A stretch of DNA of 64,000 bases from Pirellulales bacterium (GTDB taxonomy: Bacteria > Planctomycetota > Planctomycetia > Pirellulales > JAICIG01). The notes beneath the pieces are model-generated. The model was not told where the DNA came from, ran no database searches, and was given only the letters and a program-made list of their open reading frames with translations. The position numbers were made by a program, and so were the translations under genes. Positions 10,621-23,100 of this stretch are shown here, piece after piece (position 1 is the stretch's first letter; the number at the start of each line of letters is the position of its first letter). The stretch spans positions 152,734 through 216,733 of the forward strand of contig JBBDYJ010000041.1 of NCBI GenBank assembly GCA_040901675.1, written 5' to 3'.

Positions 10621-11893
10621 ACAGGACCTCGGGCGACTCGCGGCCCGGCGCCAACAGCACCAGGCCGCCTTGGGGATGATCGACTTCCACCAGGCAGTTC
10701 GGGCGGCCCGCGGCGTGCGCAGCCAGGATTGCCTCCATGGCCTGGACGGCAGCCACCGTTTGGCGGTCGGCGGAGATATCGTTGTAGGTCAGCATCCTGG
10801 CCTGCCGCAGCCGCTCGTCGCGTCCGTCGGCGGGGCCGCCGAACTCGACGGTGGCAACTTCGCGGATGAAACGTTCGAGCACCTCGATGCCGTAGCCCCG
10901 CTGCGTGCGTTCGTTCCAGGGCTCGAGGAACGTGCCGTTGTAGTGGTTGTTCATCGTGATCTTGCGGGCCAAGGGCGTCCGGCCCTCGATCGTGCACTCG
11001 ACGCCTCGTTTGCGGCTGTGGCCGTTCCAGACCCCGTTGTCGAAGCGGAACTGCACCTCCTGCTCGACGTAGCCGGGAAAGTTGTCGGGCGTGACCCAAC
11101 TGGTGTGGATGTCGAAGGCGGCCTCGCGGCCATCGGCATACTCGTAGATCAGTCGCAACTGGGTCGAGTCCCAGGTATTGCCGCCGGCCGGCCCGACCAG
11201 CCCGCGCTGGCCCGTGCACGCCACGCTCTTCAGCCGGCCCCCGAACGTGAAGTCGATGAGCTTGATGTAATGCACGGCCACGTAGGTGCCGGGATTGCGC
11301 CCCCGGATCCACTCGGCGAACTGGCTGCCGGAGATCGACTTGGGCTCCAGCAGCGTGCAGTAGCCGTTGTTCACGTGCACTAGCTCGCCGTCGGCGACGA
11401 GCGTGCGCAGCTTTTTGTGGTCGGGATCGAGCAGCTTGTGGTAGACCACCTTGGCCAGCACGCCTTGTTGCCGGGCGAGCCGGTCGAGATCGTCGAGCTC
11501 GTCCAGCGACAGGACCGACGGCTTTTCGATCAGCACGTGCTTGCCGGCCGTGAGCGCGGCTTTGGCCGCCGCAAAGTGCCGGTCGTCGGGAGTGGCCACG
11601 CAGACCACGTCCACGCCGGCGGCGAGCAGCCGGCCGACCGAGTCGGGTTCTTCGAAGCTCTCGAAGGGGCCAATCCGATTCCCGGCCGCCTGCCGATAGG
11701 CGCCGGCCCGCTTGCCCGTGCGGCTGGCGACCGCGGCCAGTTCGACGCCGCAGAGGCCGAAGGCCGGGTCGTAGACGCCGCGCTCGTGTGCCTGCTCGAG
11801 GAACGGCCGGTACGTTTCGTCGAAGATCATGCCCATGCCGACCATGCCGACGCGCAGGCCGTGCTGTTCCAGGGGAGGCTTGGCTGGCGTCAT
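10595..11893 (-). CDS. Gfo/Idh/MocA oxidoreductase
   Basis: VGMVGMG, VATPDDRH, GKHVLIEKP. Confidence 0.88.
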   Translation of the reverse strand: MTPAKPPLEQHGLRVGMVGMGMIFDETYRPFLEQAHERGVYDPAFGLCGVELAAVASRTGKRAGAYRQAAGNRIGPFESFEEPDSVGRLLAAGVDVVCVATPDDRHFAAAKAALTAGKHVLIEKPSVLSLDELDDLDRLARQQGVLAKVVYHKLLDPDHKKLRTLVADGELVHVNNGYCTLLEPKSISGSQFAEWIRGRNPGTYVAVHYIKLIDFTFGGRLKSVACTGQRGLVGPAGGNTWDSTQLRLIYEYADGREAAFDIHTSWVTPDNFPGYVEQEVQFRFDNGVWNGHSRKRGVECTIEGRTPLARKITMNNHYNGTFLEPWNERTQRGYGIEVLERFIREVATVEFGGPADGRDERLRQARMLTYNDISADRQTVAAVQAMEAILAAHAAGRPNCLVEVDHPQGGLVLLAPGRESPEVLYAPAVAGR

Positions 11894-11923
11894 GGGAAGT
11901 GGAGTGAGAGGCGTGAAAACGTT

Positions 11924-12928
11924 TTACTGGTCGCCGGGCTGCGTGGCGGCGGCGATCACGCTTTCCAAGGTGACAGCGGCGCCGCCCTGGCGTTTGCTCT
12001 CGTCGGCGGCTTCCATGAAGGCGAAAATCTCAATCGTCTCTTCCGGGCTCACGGGAGGCACGCCGGTCTTGAAGAACCTGGCGATCTCGACCACCAACGG
12101 TTCATATCCCGCGTACGTGCCGCTGGGCACGACCCCCTTTTCGCCGAACACCAGCGCGCCATACGGCTGAGCGCCGCCGCGCAATCCGCGATACGTTCCG
12201 ATCCGGCCGTCTTTCCAGACCCCGGTCACCAGCTCGGTGTCGCCCGCCGCCGCGCGGGTCACCGAGACGCAGCCGGGGCCCATGATCGTGTAAAGCATTT
12301 CGACGCCATGGATGCCGTACCAGAAAAGATCGGGATGGTGCGGCTCCAGCGGACACGGACTGTAGGCCGCGCAGCCCAGCACCTTGCCCACGCGCTCGTC
12401 GTTGCGCATGCCCAGGATGCCGGGGCTGAAGCGAAGCGATGAGCTGGAAAAGCAGGGCACCTCCGATTCCTTGCTGAGCCGGAAGATTTCGATCGCATCG
12501 GCCAGCGATCCGGCCACCGGCTTGTCGATGAACACCCGCTTGCCCGCCGCAAACACCGGTTTCACCTGATCCAGGTGCGGCCGGCCATCCACGCTTTCCA
12601 GCAGCACTGCGTCCACCAGGCCCAGCAGTTCGTCGATCGAGTCGACGATCTGCACCCCCATCTCGGCCAGCTCGCCGGTAAACGGCTCGACCCGATCGGC
12701 GCTGGCCGGAATGTCCTGACTGCCGCCAGGAAAGGCCGCCACCACCCGCATGCCGGCCAGCTCGCCGGCGGCGTCCGGGTTGTTGAACTGCTCGGTGAAG
12801 GCGATCGCGTGCGATGTGTCGCAGCCGATGATGCCCAGCTTGATCATCGGCTCGTCCGCTCGAGCGCTGGTGGAGGCGGCGGCCATGGTTATCAAGAGAC
12901 TCGCGGCAAGCGGCAGGCGGCCAGGCAT
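11924..12928 (-). CDS. Secreted Gfo/Idh/MocA oxidoreductase
   Basis: Signal peptide; GIIGCDTSHA, VFIDKP, LFWYGIHGVE. Confidence 0.85.
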   Translation of the reverse strand: MPGRLPLAASLLITMAAASTSARADEPMIKLGIIGCDTSHAIAFTEQFNNPDAAGELAGMRVVAAFPGGSQDIPASADRVEPFTGELAEMGVQIVDSIDELLGLVDAVLLESVDGRPHLDQVKPVFAAGKRVFIDKPVAGSLADAIEIFRLSKESEVPCFSSSSLRFSPGILGMRNDERVGKVLGCAAYSPCPLEPHHPDLFWYGIHGVEMLYTIMGPGCVSVTRAAAGDTELVTGVWKDGRIGTYRGLRGGAQPYGALVFGEKGVVPSGTYAGYEPLVVEIARFFKTGVPPVSPEETIEIFAFMEAADESKRQGGAAVTLESVIAAATQPGDQ

Positions 12929-13030
12929 GGCGGTAACTCTCCGGAAGGCTGACTCGGACCGTGGATGGGCACCGGGCGCAAGTCTAGTCGGCCGCCGGCC
13001 AGGCCGCAATTGAGCGCGGGGAAGCAACGC

Positions 13031-13480
13031 CTAGGCGGTCGAATCGGCCGATGCTCCGGGCCGCGCTGCCAGCCGCTGCAGGGCTAGGTCGAGCAGGCGC
13101 CGCTGGTCGGGGACGGCCAGCCGTCGGCGGGCCTCGTCCGGCGAACACCAGCACCGCTGGCGCAGTCGGGATTCCTGCCAATCGTCGTGGCACTGCTCGA
13201 CCTGCATCGCAAAGGCGGTCACCAGCAGCGTCCTGTCCCATTTGGAGTAGGTGTACTGGCCCAGCGGTTCGCCCACGATCTGTCCGGCCAGCCCCGCTTC
13301 CTCATGGGCCTCTTTCAGCGCGGTCCCGGCCGGCGTTTCACCCGGATCGATAATGCCCTTGGGAAAACCCCAGCGCCGGCTGGCCAAGGCGGTGATCAGG
13401 CAGAACTCCAGCCCCCCGCCCGACTGGCGATACGGCAAGGCGCAGGCTTGCAGGATAGGCTCTTCCACGATCTCCGTCAC
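13031..13480 (-). CDS. NUDIX hydrolase
   Basis: Nudix box PKGIIDPGETPAGTALKEAHEEAG; GTG start overlaps the upstream stop. Confidence 0.9.
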   Translation of the reverse strand: MTEIVEEPILQACALPYRQSGGGLEFCLITALASRRWGFPKGIIDPGETPAGTALKEAHEEAGLAGQIVGEPLGQYTYSKWDRTLLVTAFAMQVEQCHDDWQESRLRQRCWCSPDEARRRLAVPDQRRLLDLALQRLAARPGASADSTA

Positions 13481-14616
13481 ACGTTGCCCGCCTTGAAAGC
13501 GGCGGCCACTTTGCGGATGGCCGCTGCCACCTGCTCGATGACGCGCGGCGGCTCGAGCAGAACCGGATGGTGCAGAACCAGACACGTCTCCGCGGCCCGG
13601 CGGCTATGGACGAGCTGGCCCGCGATCCGCGCGCGGCCGCCGCGCAGCGCGAAGCCGCGGAATCCAACGTCGAGCGCGACGCCTTCGGCCTGGACCGCCG
13701 CGGCAAACTCCTCCCGCGTTTGACCTTGGAGTTGATCGCCCAGGTAGGCGAAGCCAAGCTTGTAATAGGCCGGGGTCGAGTCGGCAAGCGGTTCCAGCGC
13801 GCGAAGTCCGGGGACATCGCACAACAGCCCGCCAAGCTGCCTGGCGGCGTCGAAGCGCCGGGCGTTCCGCTCGGCCAGCGCGGTCAACTGCGGCACGAGC
13901 GCGGCCGCCTGCAGCTCGCTCAGCGGGAAGGCATTGTTCCCCTGCTCGCAGTAGATCTTGGCCCGCTGGTACACGTCCGCCCGATCGGTGAGCAATGCGC
14001 CGCCCCGCCCGGCGGTCAACAGCTTGCTGCCGCCGAAGCTGAGCACCCCTACGTCCCCCCACGTGCCGGCCGGGCGGCCCTCGACAACCGCCCCGGGCGC
14101 CTGGCAGGCGTCTTCCACAATGGCCAGGTTGTGACGGCGGGCAACCTCGGCCAGTTCGCGCATCGGCAGCAGTCCCCCGTGCAGGTGCGAGGCGACGATC
14201 GCGCGCGTCTGTTCGCCCAGGGCATCGTCGAGGCGGCCGACGTCGAGGTTGAAGTCGTCCGGCCGCACGTCGACCAGCACCGGCCGCGCGCCCACGGCCT
14301 CGATCGCGCGAAAATTGCCGGGGAAGTCATAACCCGCCAGGACGACTTCGTGGCCCGGGCCGATCCCGAGCGAACGCAAGGCAAGCTCAACGGCAAACGT
14401 ACCCGAACAGCATGGCCAGACAAAACGCGCCTGGAGCATTTCGCCGATGGCTGACGCCAGGCGGGCGCCATGCGGGCCGTGGTAGCGGCCCCAACTTCCG
14501 TCGGCCAAGGCTTTCTCGACCGCCTCGACGACGGCCGGGTCGTGGATCGGCCAGGCAGGAGGGCCCTCGACGATCGTGGCAGGACCACCGTGCAGTGCCA
14601 GCCGCGTGTGGCTCAT
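13477..14616 (-). CDS. DegT/DnrJ/EryC1/StrS aminotransferase
   Basis: SGTFAVELAL, IVEDACQAPG, SFGGSKLLTAGRGG. Confidence 0.9.
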   Translation of the reverse strand: MSHTRLALHGGPATIVEGPPAWPIHDPAVVEAVEKALADGSWGRYHGPHGARLASAIGEMLQARFVWPCCSGTFAVELALRSLGIGPGHEVVLAGYDFPGNFRAIEAVGARPVLVDVRPDDFNLDVGRLDDALGEQTRAIVASHLHGGLLPMRELAEVARRHNLAIVEDACQAPGAVVEGRPAGTWGDVGVLSFGGSKLLTAGRGGALLTDRADVYQRAKIYCEQGNNAFPLSELQAAALVPQLTALAERNARRFDAARQLGGLLCDVPGLRALEPLADSTPAYYKLGFAYLGDQLQGQTREEFAAAVQAEGVALDVGFRGFALRGGRARIAGQLVHSRRAAETCLVLHHPVLLEPPRVIEQVAAAIRKVAAAFKAGNV

Positions 14617-15179
14617 GGTTGCGCCGCGTGCAGGTCGGCGGGAATAAGCGAAAAGCTGACGGCATCCTGCTGGAATTCGGCGATCCGCAGGCGCTTGCGC
14701 AACAGCCCTTCGCGTCGAGCGCCCGCGGCTGCCGCGACGCGCTGGCTGGCCAGGTTCCCCGCGGCTGCCAGGATTTCAATCCGCTCGAGGCCCAGGTCCT
14801 CCAGGCCGAAGCGGGCCACCAGCCGCGTGGCGGCTGTGGCCACGCCCGAGCCGGTGCGACTGGTGCGGACCCAGTAGCCGAGGTTGGCGCGGAGGTTCAC
14901 CTGGTCGAACTGGTTCAATCCGCAGCCCCCCAGCAACTCGGCGCCGGCGCGGTCGAAGATGAAGAACTCGTAGAACTCCCCTTCGGCACGGGCGGCAATG
15001 CACCGCCGGATCCATTCGGCCGTATCCTCCCGTTGATAATCGGGGTGGCACCAGGTCAGCCACGCGCCCACTTCGCGGATCGATTCGCGAACGGCAAGGT
15101 AGGCCGCGTCGATGTCCGCGAGCGACGGGGCCCGCAGGTCGAGTCGGCCATCGGTCAGTGCGCGAGTGCTGGTGGGCAT
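14613..15179 (-). CDS. RimJ/RimL-family GNAT N-acetyltransferase
   Basis: ANLGYWV, GSGVAT, NLASQRVA, REGLLR. Confidence 0.9.
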   Translation of the reverse strand: MPTSTRALTDGRLDLRAPSLADIDAAYLAVRESIREVGAWLTWCHPDYQREDTAEWIRRCIAARAEGEFYEFFIFDRAGAELLGGCGLNQFDQVNLRANLGYWVRTSRTGSGVATAATRLVARFGLEDLGLERIEILAAAGNLASQRVAAAAGARREGLLRKRLRIAEFQQDAVSFSLIPADLHAAQP

Positions 15180-15237
15180 GGCGGTCTAGCGCGCCGCGGG
15201 CGGCGCTTGGCTTCGACGCCTGCCTCGCGAAGCTGCC

Positions 15238-15699
15238 TTAAAAAAACAAACGCACAAGGGCTTCGGCGACGCAGGCTGGCCGAGATTCGCCCTCGACCTC
15301 GAATGTTTGCTTGCAAGTAGCTTGCACCGACCCCCGCGTCTCCTTGAGCTCCAGTAGTTCCGCCGTCATCCGCACCCGCGAGCCGATGCGGACGGCCGTG
15401 GGGAAGCGGACCCGGTTGAGGCCATAGTTCAGGACCATCTTCACCCCTTCGATGGTGAAGGTCTGCTGGACGAGCGCGTTGGACAGGCTAAGCGTGAGAA
15501 ATCCATGGGCCACCGTGGTGCCATAGGGACTCTCGCGACGCGCGCGCTCGGGGTCGCAGTGTATCCATTGGAAGTCGCCGGTCCCTTCCGCGAAAGCCTG
15601 CACCCGTTCCTGGGTGATCTCGACCCAATCGCTGACCCCCAGGGGTTGACCGACCAGAGTCCGCAGTTCTTCCAGCCCCTTGATTACGCGGACTGCCAT
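15238..15699 (-). CDS. MaoC-family dehydratase
   Basis: FAEGTGDFQWIHCDPERA, AHGFLTLSL, NYGLNRVRF. Confidence 0.93.
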   Translation of the reverse strand: MAVRVIKGLEELRTLVGQPLGVSDWVEITQERVQAFAEGTGDFQWIHCDPERARRESPYGTTVAHGFLTLSLSNALVQQTFTIEGVKMVLNYGLNRVRFPTAVRIGSRVRMTAELLELKETRGSVQATCKQTFEVEGESRPACVAEALVRLFF

Positions 15700-15850
15700 C
15701 TATCGGGTCCCCAAAGGACACAATGCCACCGCAAATCGACGTTGACCGAGCCGGCCCATGCAGCGTATCGTCCGCGCGATTGCCGCCGACGTCCGTGCGG
15801 GTGCGGCGATCGGGCAGCCCATCTGGTCTAAACTCCGTAAGTTAACGCCG

Positions 15851-17860
15851 ATGCTCCATTCGAGCGGTTTTCCAGCTCGGACACAAGGCACCGCGCGCCG
15901 CCGGCGCGCGCTCGTGGCCGGGGTCGCGCTGATCCTCGCGGCCCTGGCCGCCGGCTGCGCTTCGACCCAGTATGTCAAGCTCCGCTCGGTTCCCAACAGC
16001 CCGCTGGCCGAGCGGCTCAAACTGACCGCGCGGGGCGGACCGCAGCCCAGCGACCGCACGCTGCAGATCCTGCGGCAGTACGATCTTACACGCGACGTCA
16101 AGGGAAACCCGCAGCCGCTTGTCGACAAGTTCCAGGCCATTGTCTCCCGCGAGCCTTCGGCCGAAAAGGTGTACTGCTTCGCCGAGTTGAGCTTCCTGGC
16201 CGGCAAGAAGCTGGAACAGAAAGAACCCGCCGCCGCCCTCGACCACTACGGGGCCGCCGTCACGCACGCCTACTTGTACCTGTTCGACGAACGGTACGCC
16301 GCCTTGCGTAACCCGTACGACCCGCAGTTCCGGGCCGCCTGCGACCTGTACAACGGGGCTCTGGAAGGCGCGCTGCGGATCGTGAAGAAGCAAGGAGACC
16401 TCTTGCCCGGCTGCACGCACACGATCCAAACGGCCACGCAGTCCTGGGATGTGACGGTCGTGGCCAGGCCGGGCAACTGGCAGCAGGACGACTTCGAGCG
16501 GTTCGAGTTCGTCTCCGATTATGAGGTACAAGGCCTCACCAACCAATATCAAAGTTTTGGCTTGGGGGTGCCGTTGATCGCGGTGCGCAAGCAGCGGCCC
16601 CAGCAGGGTCCCAGCGAGCGTTTCTATCCTCCCCAGTTGAGCTTTGCCGTCACGGCCTTTCTGCGGGTGCTGCCCGAGGAGATGTCGTCGGCTGGGGGCG
16701 GGTCGAGGCGGCACTTGGCGCTGTTGGAGCTGTACGATCCGCTGGTGTCGACCCATGTCGAGGTGGTCGACCGGCGGGTGCCGCTGGAGAGCGACCTGAG
16801 CACTCCGCTGGCTTATTGCCTGAACGATCCGCAACTCAACGCGCTGGCCGAGCCGACGGCCGGGCTGCTGCGGCCGGCCGAACGGCAGGCGGTGACCGGG
16901 CTGTACATGCTCGAGCCGCACCAACCCGGCAAGATTCCGGTGCTGATGGTGCACGGTCTCTGGTCCAACCCGCTGACGTGGATGGAGATGTTCAACGACC
17001 TGCGGAGCCTGCCCGAGATTCGCGAAAGATACCAGTTCTGGTTCTACTTGTATCCGACGGGTGAGCCGTTCTGGAACAGCGCCGCCCGTCTACGGCAGCA
17101 ATTGGCCGAGGTCCGCGCCCTGCTCGACCCGGCCGCCGACGATCCGGCGCTGGGGCAGATGGTGCTGGTGGGCCATAGCATGGGAGGCCTGATCTCCAAG
17201 CTGCAGACCGTCGACAGCGGCAACGAATTCTGGAACATCGTCAGCGACCAGCCGTTCCAGGTGGTCAAGGCATCGCCCGAAGCACGCCAGCGGCTAGCTC
17301 GAACGTTCTTCTTCGAACCCGATCCGGGCATCCGGCGAGTGGTTACCATCGGCACCCCGCACCGGGGCAGCAATTTGGCCAACCGTCCCGCGCGCTGGCT
17401 GGCCCAGAAACTCATCAGCCTGCCCCGCATGCCCTTGATGGTCCGCGAGCAATTGTACCGCGACAACCCCGGGGTGTTTCGGGACGATACGATCATCCAG
17501 GTCAAGACCAGCGTCGATTCGCTGGCGCCCGATTCGCCCATTCTGCCGGTGCTGTTGGAGGCGCCGCACCCCGACTGGGTGGCGTATCACAACATCGTCG
17601 GCGTGCTCCCCAACGAGGGATGGCTCGGTTCGCTGGCGGCCGGCAGCGACGGCTTGGTGACCTACGAGAGCGCCCACCTGGACGCCGTCGCCTCGGAGAT
17701 TACCGTCAACGCTCACCACAGCACGGTCCACAGGCACCCGCTCACTGTCTTGGAGGTGCGGCGGATCCTGCTTGAGCACCTGGCGGAAGTCGACTCGCTA
17801 TACGGTGGAAGGACCACCCGTGCCCGCGGCGGCCAGCGGCTGGCTGGGGCAACGCGCTAG
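15851..17860 (+). CDS. Lipoprotein alpha/beta hydrolase (esterase/lipase)
   Basis: LAAGC lipobox; PVLMVHGLWS, GHSMGG, GTPHRGS, SDGLV. Confidence 0.85.
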   Translation: MLHSSGFPARTQGTARRRRALVAGVALILAALAAGCASTQYVKLRSVPNSPLAERLKLTARGGPQPSDRTLQILRQYDLTRDVKGNPQPLVDKFQAIVSREPSAEKVYCFAELSFLAGKKLEQKEPAAALDHYGAAVTHAYLYLFDERYAALRNPYDPQFRAACDLYNGALEGALRIVKKQGDLLPGCTHTIQTATQSWDVTVVARPGNWQQDDFERFEFVSDYEVQGLTNQYQSFGLGVPLIAVRKQRPQQGPSERFYPPQLSFAVTAFLRVLPEEMSSAGGGSRRHLALLELYDPLVSTHVEVVDRRVPLESDLSTPLAYCLNDPQLNALAEPTAGLLRPAERQAVTGLYMLEPHQPGKIPVLMVHGLWSNPLTWMEMFNDLRSLPEIRERYQFWFYLYPTGEPFWNSAARLRQQLAEVRALLDPAADDPALGQMVLVGHSMGGLISKLQTVDSGNEFWNIVSDQPFQVVKASPEARQRLARTFFFEPDPGIRRVVTIGTPHRGSNLANRPARWLAQKLISLPRMPLMVREQLYRDNPGVFRDDTIIQVKTSVDSLAPDSPILPVLLEAPHPDWVAYHNIVGVLPNEGWLGSLAAGSDGLVTYESAHLDAVASEITVNAHHSTVHRHPLTVLEVRRILLEHLAEVDSLYGGRTTRARGGQRLAGATR

Positions 17861-18010
17861 CCGTTCGTAGTGATCCGCATTCATGCGGTCCTGCGATCCG
17901 TAGCTGAACTCGCCAGAGTTCAGGCCGTCTCTGCCCAGCAACAAAGCGTTAGCGTGCCCCAGTCCTCGTCCGTTCCTATTCTGCCTTCTGCCTTCATCCT
18001 TCTGCCTTGC
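17844..18010. repeat. Cluster of REP-like elements and TTCTGCC heptamers between convergent genes
   Basis: GTAG-CTGAACTC-gcca-GAGTTCAG at 17900-17923; AAAGCGTTAGCGTGCCCCAG ending at 17962. Confidence 0.7.
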
Positions 18011-18017
18011 CTCCCGT

Positions 18018-19691
<1,674 letters not shown>

Positions 19692-19856
19692 GCATGTCAT
19701 TGTATGCCCGAGGTGCCGGTTGTGGGGAGGGCAGAAGGCAGAAGGCGACGATGGCCATGGACCGGCCAGATTTCCTAGCTTAGAATTGATTCATTACCGT
19801 GGCCAGCTTCCGCCTCGTACCGCTCATGAACAATTTGAGGGAGAAAGGAGGCGAGG

Positions 19857-20123
19857 ATGCCGAGGCCGGCAACGAGCAAGAGGGACCGCAGCATGCGCGA
19901 GGCAGCAATCCGCCGCCAGAAGTGTGCGGATATCGAGTGGGCACAACTCAACGGCGAATTGCATCAGCGGTTCGCGGGTCGCCTCGTAGTGGTCCATAAG
20001 AAGCAACTGCTGTTGAGCGGCTCCGACCGTCGAGATCTGCTGAAACGAGCGGCCAGCACGGAGCACCCGCGCGATGAATTGGTTGTCGTTGCGATTCCTA
20101 CCGACAATCATGCCAGGAACTAG
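19857..20123 (+). CDS. Small hypothetical protein (DUF5678-like)
   Basis: 88 aa; AGGAGG ribosome-binding site; pattern EW...RFAGRLVVVHKKQLL.SG.D. Confidence 0.55.
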   Translation: MPRPATSKRDRSMREAAIRRQKCADIEWAQLNGELHQRFAGRLVVVHKKQLLLSGSDRRDLLKRAASTEHPRDELVVVAIPTDNHARN

Positions 20124-20140
20124 CAACCAGCAACTCCAGA

Positions 20141-23100
20141 TCACCGCGCCGCCTTGAGAAAGGCAATCAAATCGGCCAGATCCTGCGGCGTGAGCTGCTG
20201 GTCCAGCCCGGAAGGCATGATCGAGACCGCGCTGGGCTGGATCTCTTCGATCTCGTCGCGGGAAACCCGGACCTCCTGGTCCACGCCGGTCGCCAGCACA
20301 AGCGCCTCCGGAGTCTCCTCGCGCACCAGCCCGTTGTGTACTTTCCCTCCAATGGTCGACACGATCACCGGCTCGTAGCTGCGCACAAAGCTGGCCGATG
20401 GAAACACGATCGCCTCCAGCAGGTCCCGCTCGTTGCGGATTTCCCCGATCCGCGTCAGATCGGGTCCACTCCGCCCCCCCACGTACCCCACCGCATGGCA
20501 GGCGGCGCAGGCCGCTTTGGCCCCCTGGAACACGGCCTGTCCGCGCCGCGCGTCGCCCGCGCTGAGCGTGGCCAGCAGCTCCTCCAGGCGGGCCGTTTGC
20601 TTGCCGATGTCCACGTTCAACAACGCCAACAGCTCGGCTATCCTCGGCTCCAGCTCGGGGCCGAACTTCTCCAACCGGGTCTTGATCGCATCGGGCCGTA
20701 GCGCCGTCAGTGCCGGCGAATCGCCGAGCGCGTCGGCCAATGCCCGGCCCACCTCCGGGTCCGTCGTCTGCTCGTAGGCCGACAGCACCCGCTCCGCCTC
20801 CAGCGGTCCGATCGTCTCGAATACCTCGCACAGCGCCCGCAATTGCTCGCCCGTTAACCCGGCCTTGGCCACGGCGTCGGCCGCCGCAGTGCGGACGGCC
20901 ACGGGCGCCTCGGCCTCCAGGTGCCGCCGGACCAACTCGAACAAATCCGGATCGATCACATCGACCCGGGCGGGCCGGGCCGCCAGCGCCGACAGCCGCA
21001 CTTCTTCATCCAGCGATTCGATCCGCGCCACGCGCAACAGCGCCGCCGCCAGGCGCGCATCGGGTTCCTTGCTGGGCGGCAGCGATCGCGCCACGGCCAC
21101 CGCACGCGCGAGCAACTCCCCCTCGGCCTCGTCCAGCAACCGGCTGAGCGCCTCCAGCCATCCGGCCGGCGTTGCTGGCACGCCCGCCCGCCCCATGGCC
21201 CCCAGAGACGTATGCCGCGCCGAGTCCGAAAACGTAGCTTCGACCAGGCAAGCGGCCAGCAAACGCTGCACGCTTTCGCTCCCGGCAAAGCGGACAAGCT
21301 GCTCTTCGAGGGCCGTGCCCTCTGCCTCGCCAAGCCGCTCGTCGGCCAACCGCTGCCGGAAGTAGCCCACCATCGCATCGCCCCACTCGGGGTGCCGCTG
21401 CACAATCCACTCGGCCGCGCTCTTCACGGGAGCATCGCTCGAGGCCAACAGCGGGACGATCGTGCCGGCCGCCAAGTGCTCCCCCTCCATCTGGTCGAGC
21501 GCAAAAAGCGCGGCTCGCCTCGTGGCCGCGTCGGCCGCGGTCAGCCCGGCCTGCGTGGCCTCCGCTGCTCCAATCTCGATCAACGCGTAGATGATCGCGT
21601 GCTCCAGCCTGCGGTCCAGTTCGCCCGCGGCCGCCCGCAGCAGGTGCGGCACCGCGGCCGCATCACCGATCCGCCCCAGCGCCTCGGCCGCCACGCGCCG
21701 GTTCGATGGCGTCCCCGTGGCGAGCATCTCCAGCAATTGCGGCGCTGCACCCCGGTCCTTCCATAAACTGATCGAGTGCAACGCGGCCTGGCGCACCAGT
21801 TCGTCCGGGTCGGCCAGCGCGGGCCGGATGGCCGCTCGGGCTTCGGCCGCATCGATCCAAGTGAGCGCCCAGACCGCCTGCCGCCGCGCATCGGCCGCCA
21901 GGCCTGACCCGGCCGCAAAACGCGCCAGCGGCTCGACTGCCGCGGTTCCGCGCTGTGCCAGCGCCTCGGTGGCCCGCCTTCGCACGGCCGGCCGCGGGTC
22001 GGCCAGCCGGCTCGCCAACTCATCGGCCGAGACGTCATTATCCCACGCTAGCTCTAGCCCCCGCGGATCCGCCGCCTTGGGGGCATCTTTCCGGCGTATG
22101 CGATAGATGGCTCCCAGCACGTCGGGCTTTCCCAGTTGCGAGGTGGGACAGCACAACTTGTACCAGCCCCCCGTATCGCAGACCAGCAAGCTGCCGTCGG
22201 CGTCCTCCAACACGTCGGTGGGATGGAAATCGAGGTTGCTCGAAACCAGGAAGTCTTCGCTGCTGGCGGCCAGGCCCGGTCCCTCGGCCGAGAGAACGTG
22301 GCGAGTCAGCTTGTGCAAGTTGAAGAGGCAGGTGAACACGTTGTCGCGGTATTCGGGACCGAACGCCTCCGACTCATATCGTTCCAGGCCGCACGGCGCC
22401 GCCGGGCCCAGATGCACGAGCACCGGCAACAGCTCGCCCGTCCGTGCGTGCCCGTCGAGCACGCCGTGCTGCTTGCCGTACACGCCGCCATACAGGGCGT
22501 GGATCAGGCCGTCGCGCAAGCCGCCGCCGGGGTGCACCAGAAACGTGGTGCTGAAGATCCGCTCGCCGCCCGGCGTAAAAACTACGTCGACCGGATTGTC
22601 CATGCCGCCGGTCATCACCGCTTCCAGGTCTGTTCCGTCCGGTCGGCAGCGGAAGATGTGCGAGGCCCGCGTGACCAGCGGCCCTCGGCCCGGCCGATCG
22701 TACGTCTGTTCGGCGAACGCGCCCTTGCACCAGTAGATCCGGCCGTCGGGACCCAGATACGGGCCGTGCAGGTCGTTGGCGCAGCCGGTGAGCGTCTTTC
22801 CCTGGAACCATTCCCCGCGGTGGTCGGCCACGCCGTCGCCGTCCGTGTCGGTGAGCCGCCAAATGCTGGGCGGGGCGGCCACGTAAAGCGACCCGTCGAA
22901 CCAGAGCGTCCCCTCGGGGAACATCATCCGGTCGGCAAACACGGTTTGGCGGTCGAAACGGCCGTCGCCGTCGGCGTCTTCCAAGCGCACGATTCGGTGC
23001 GGCCGATCCTCGAGCTGCTGCTGCACCTTGTCGTTCGACCCCGAAGAGTCCGCCACGTAGAGCCGGCCCAGTTCGTCCAGCGCGGCCGTGATCGGCCTGT

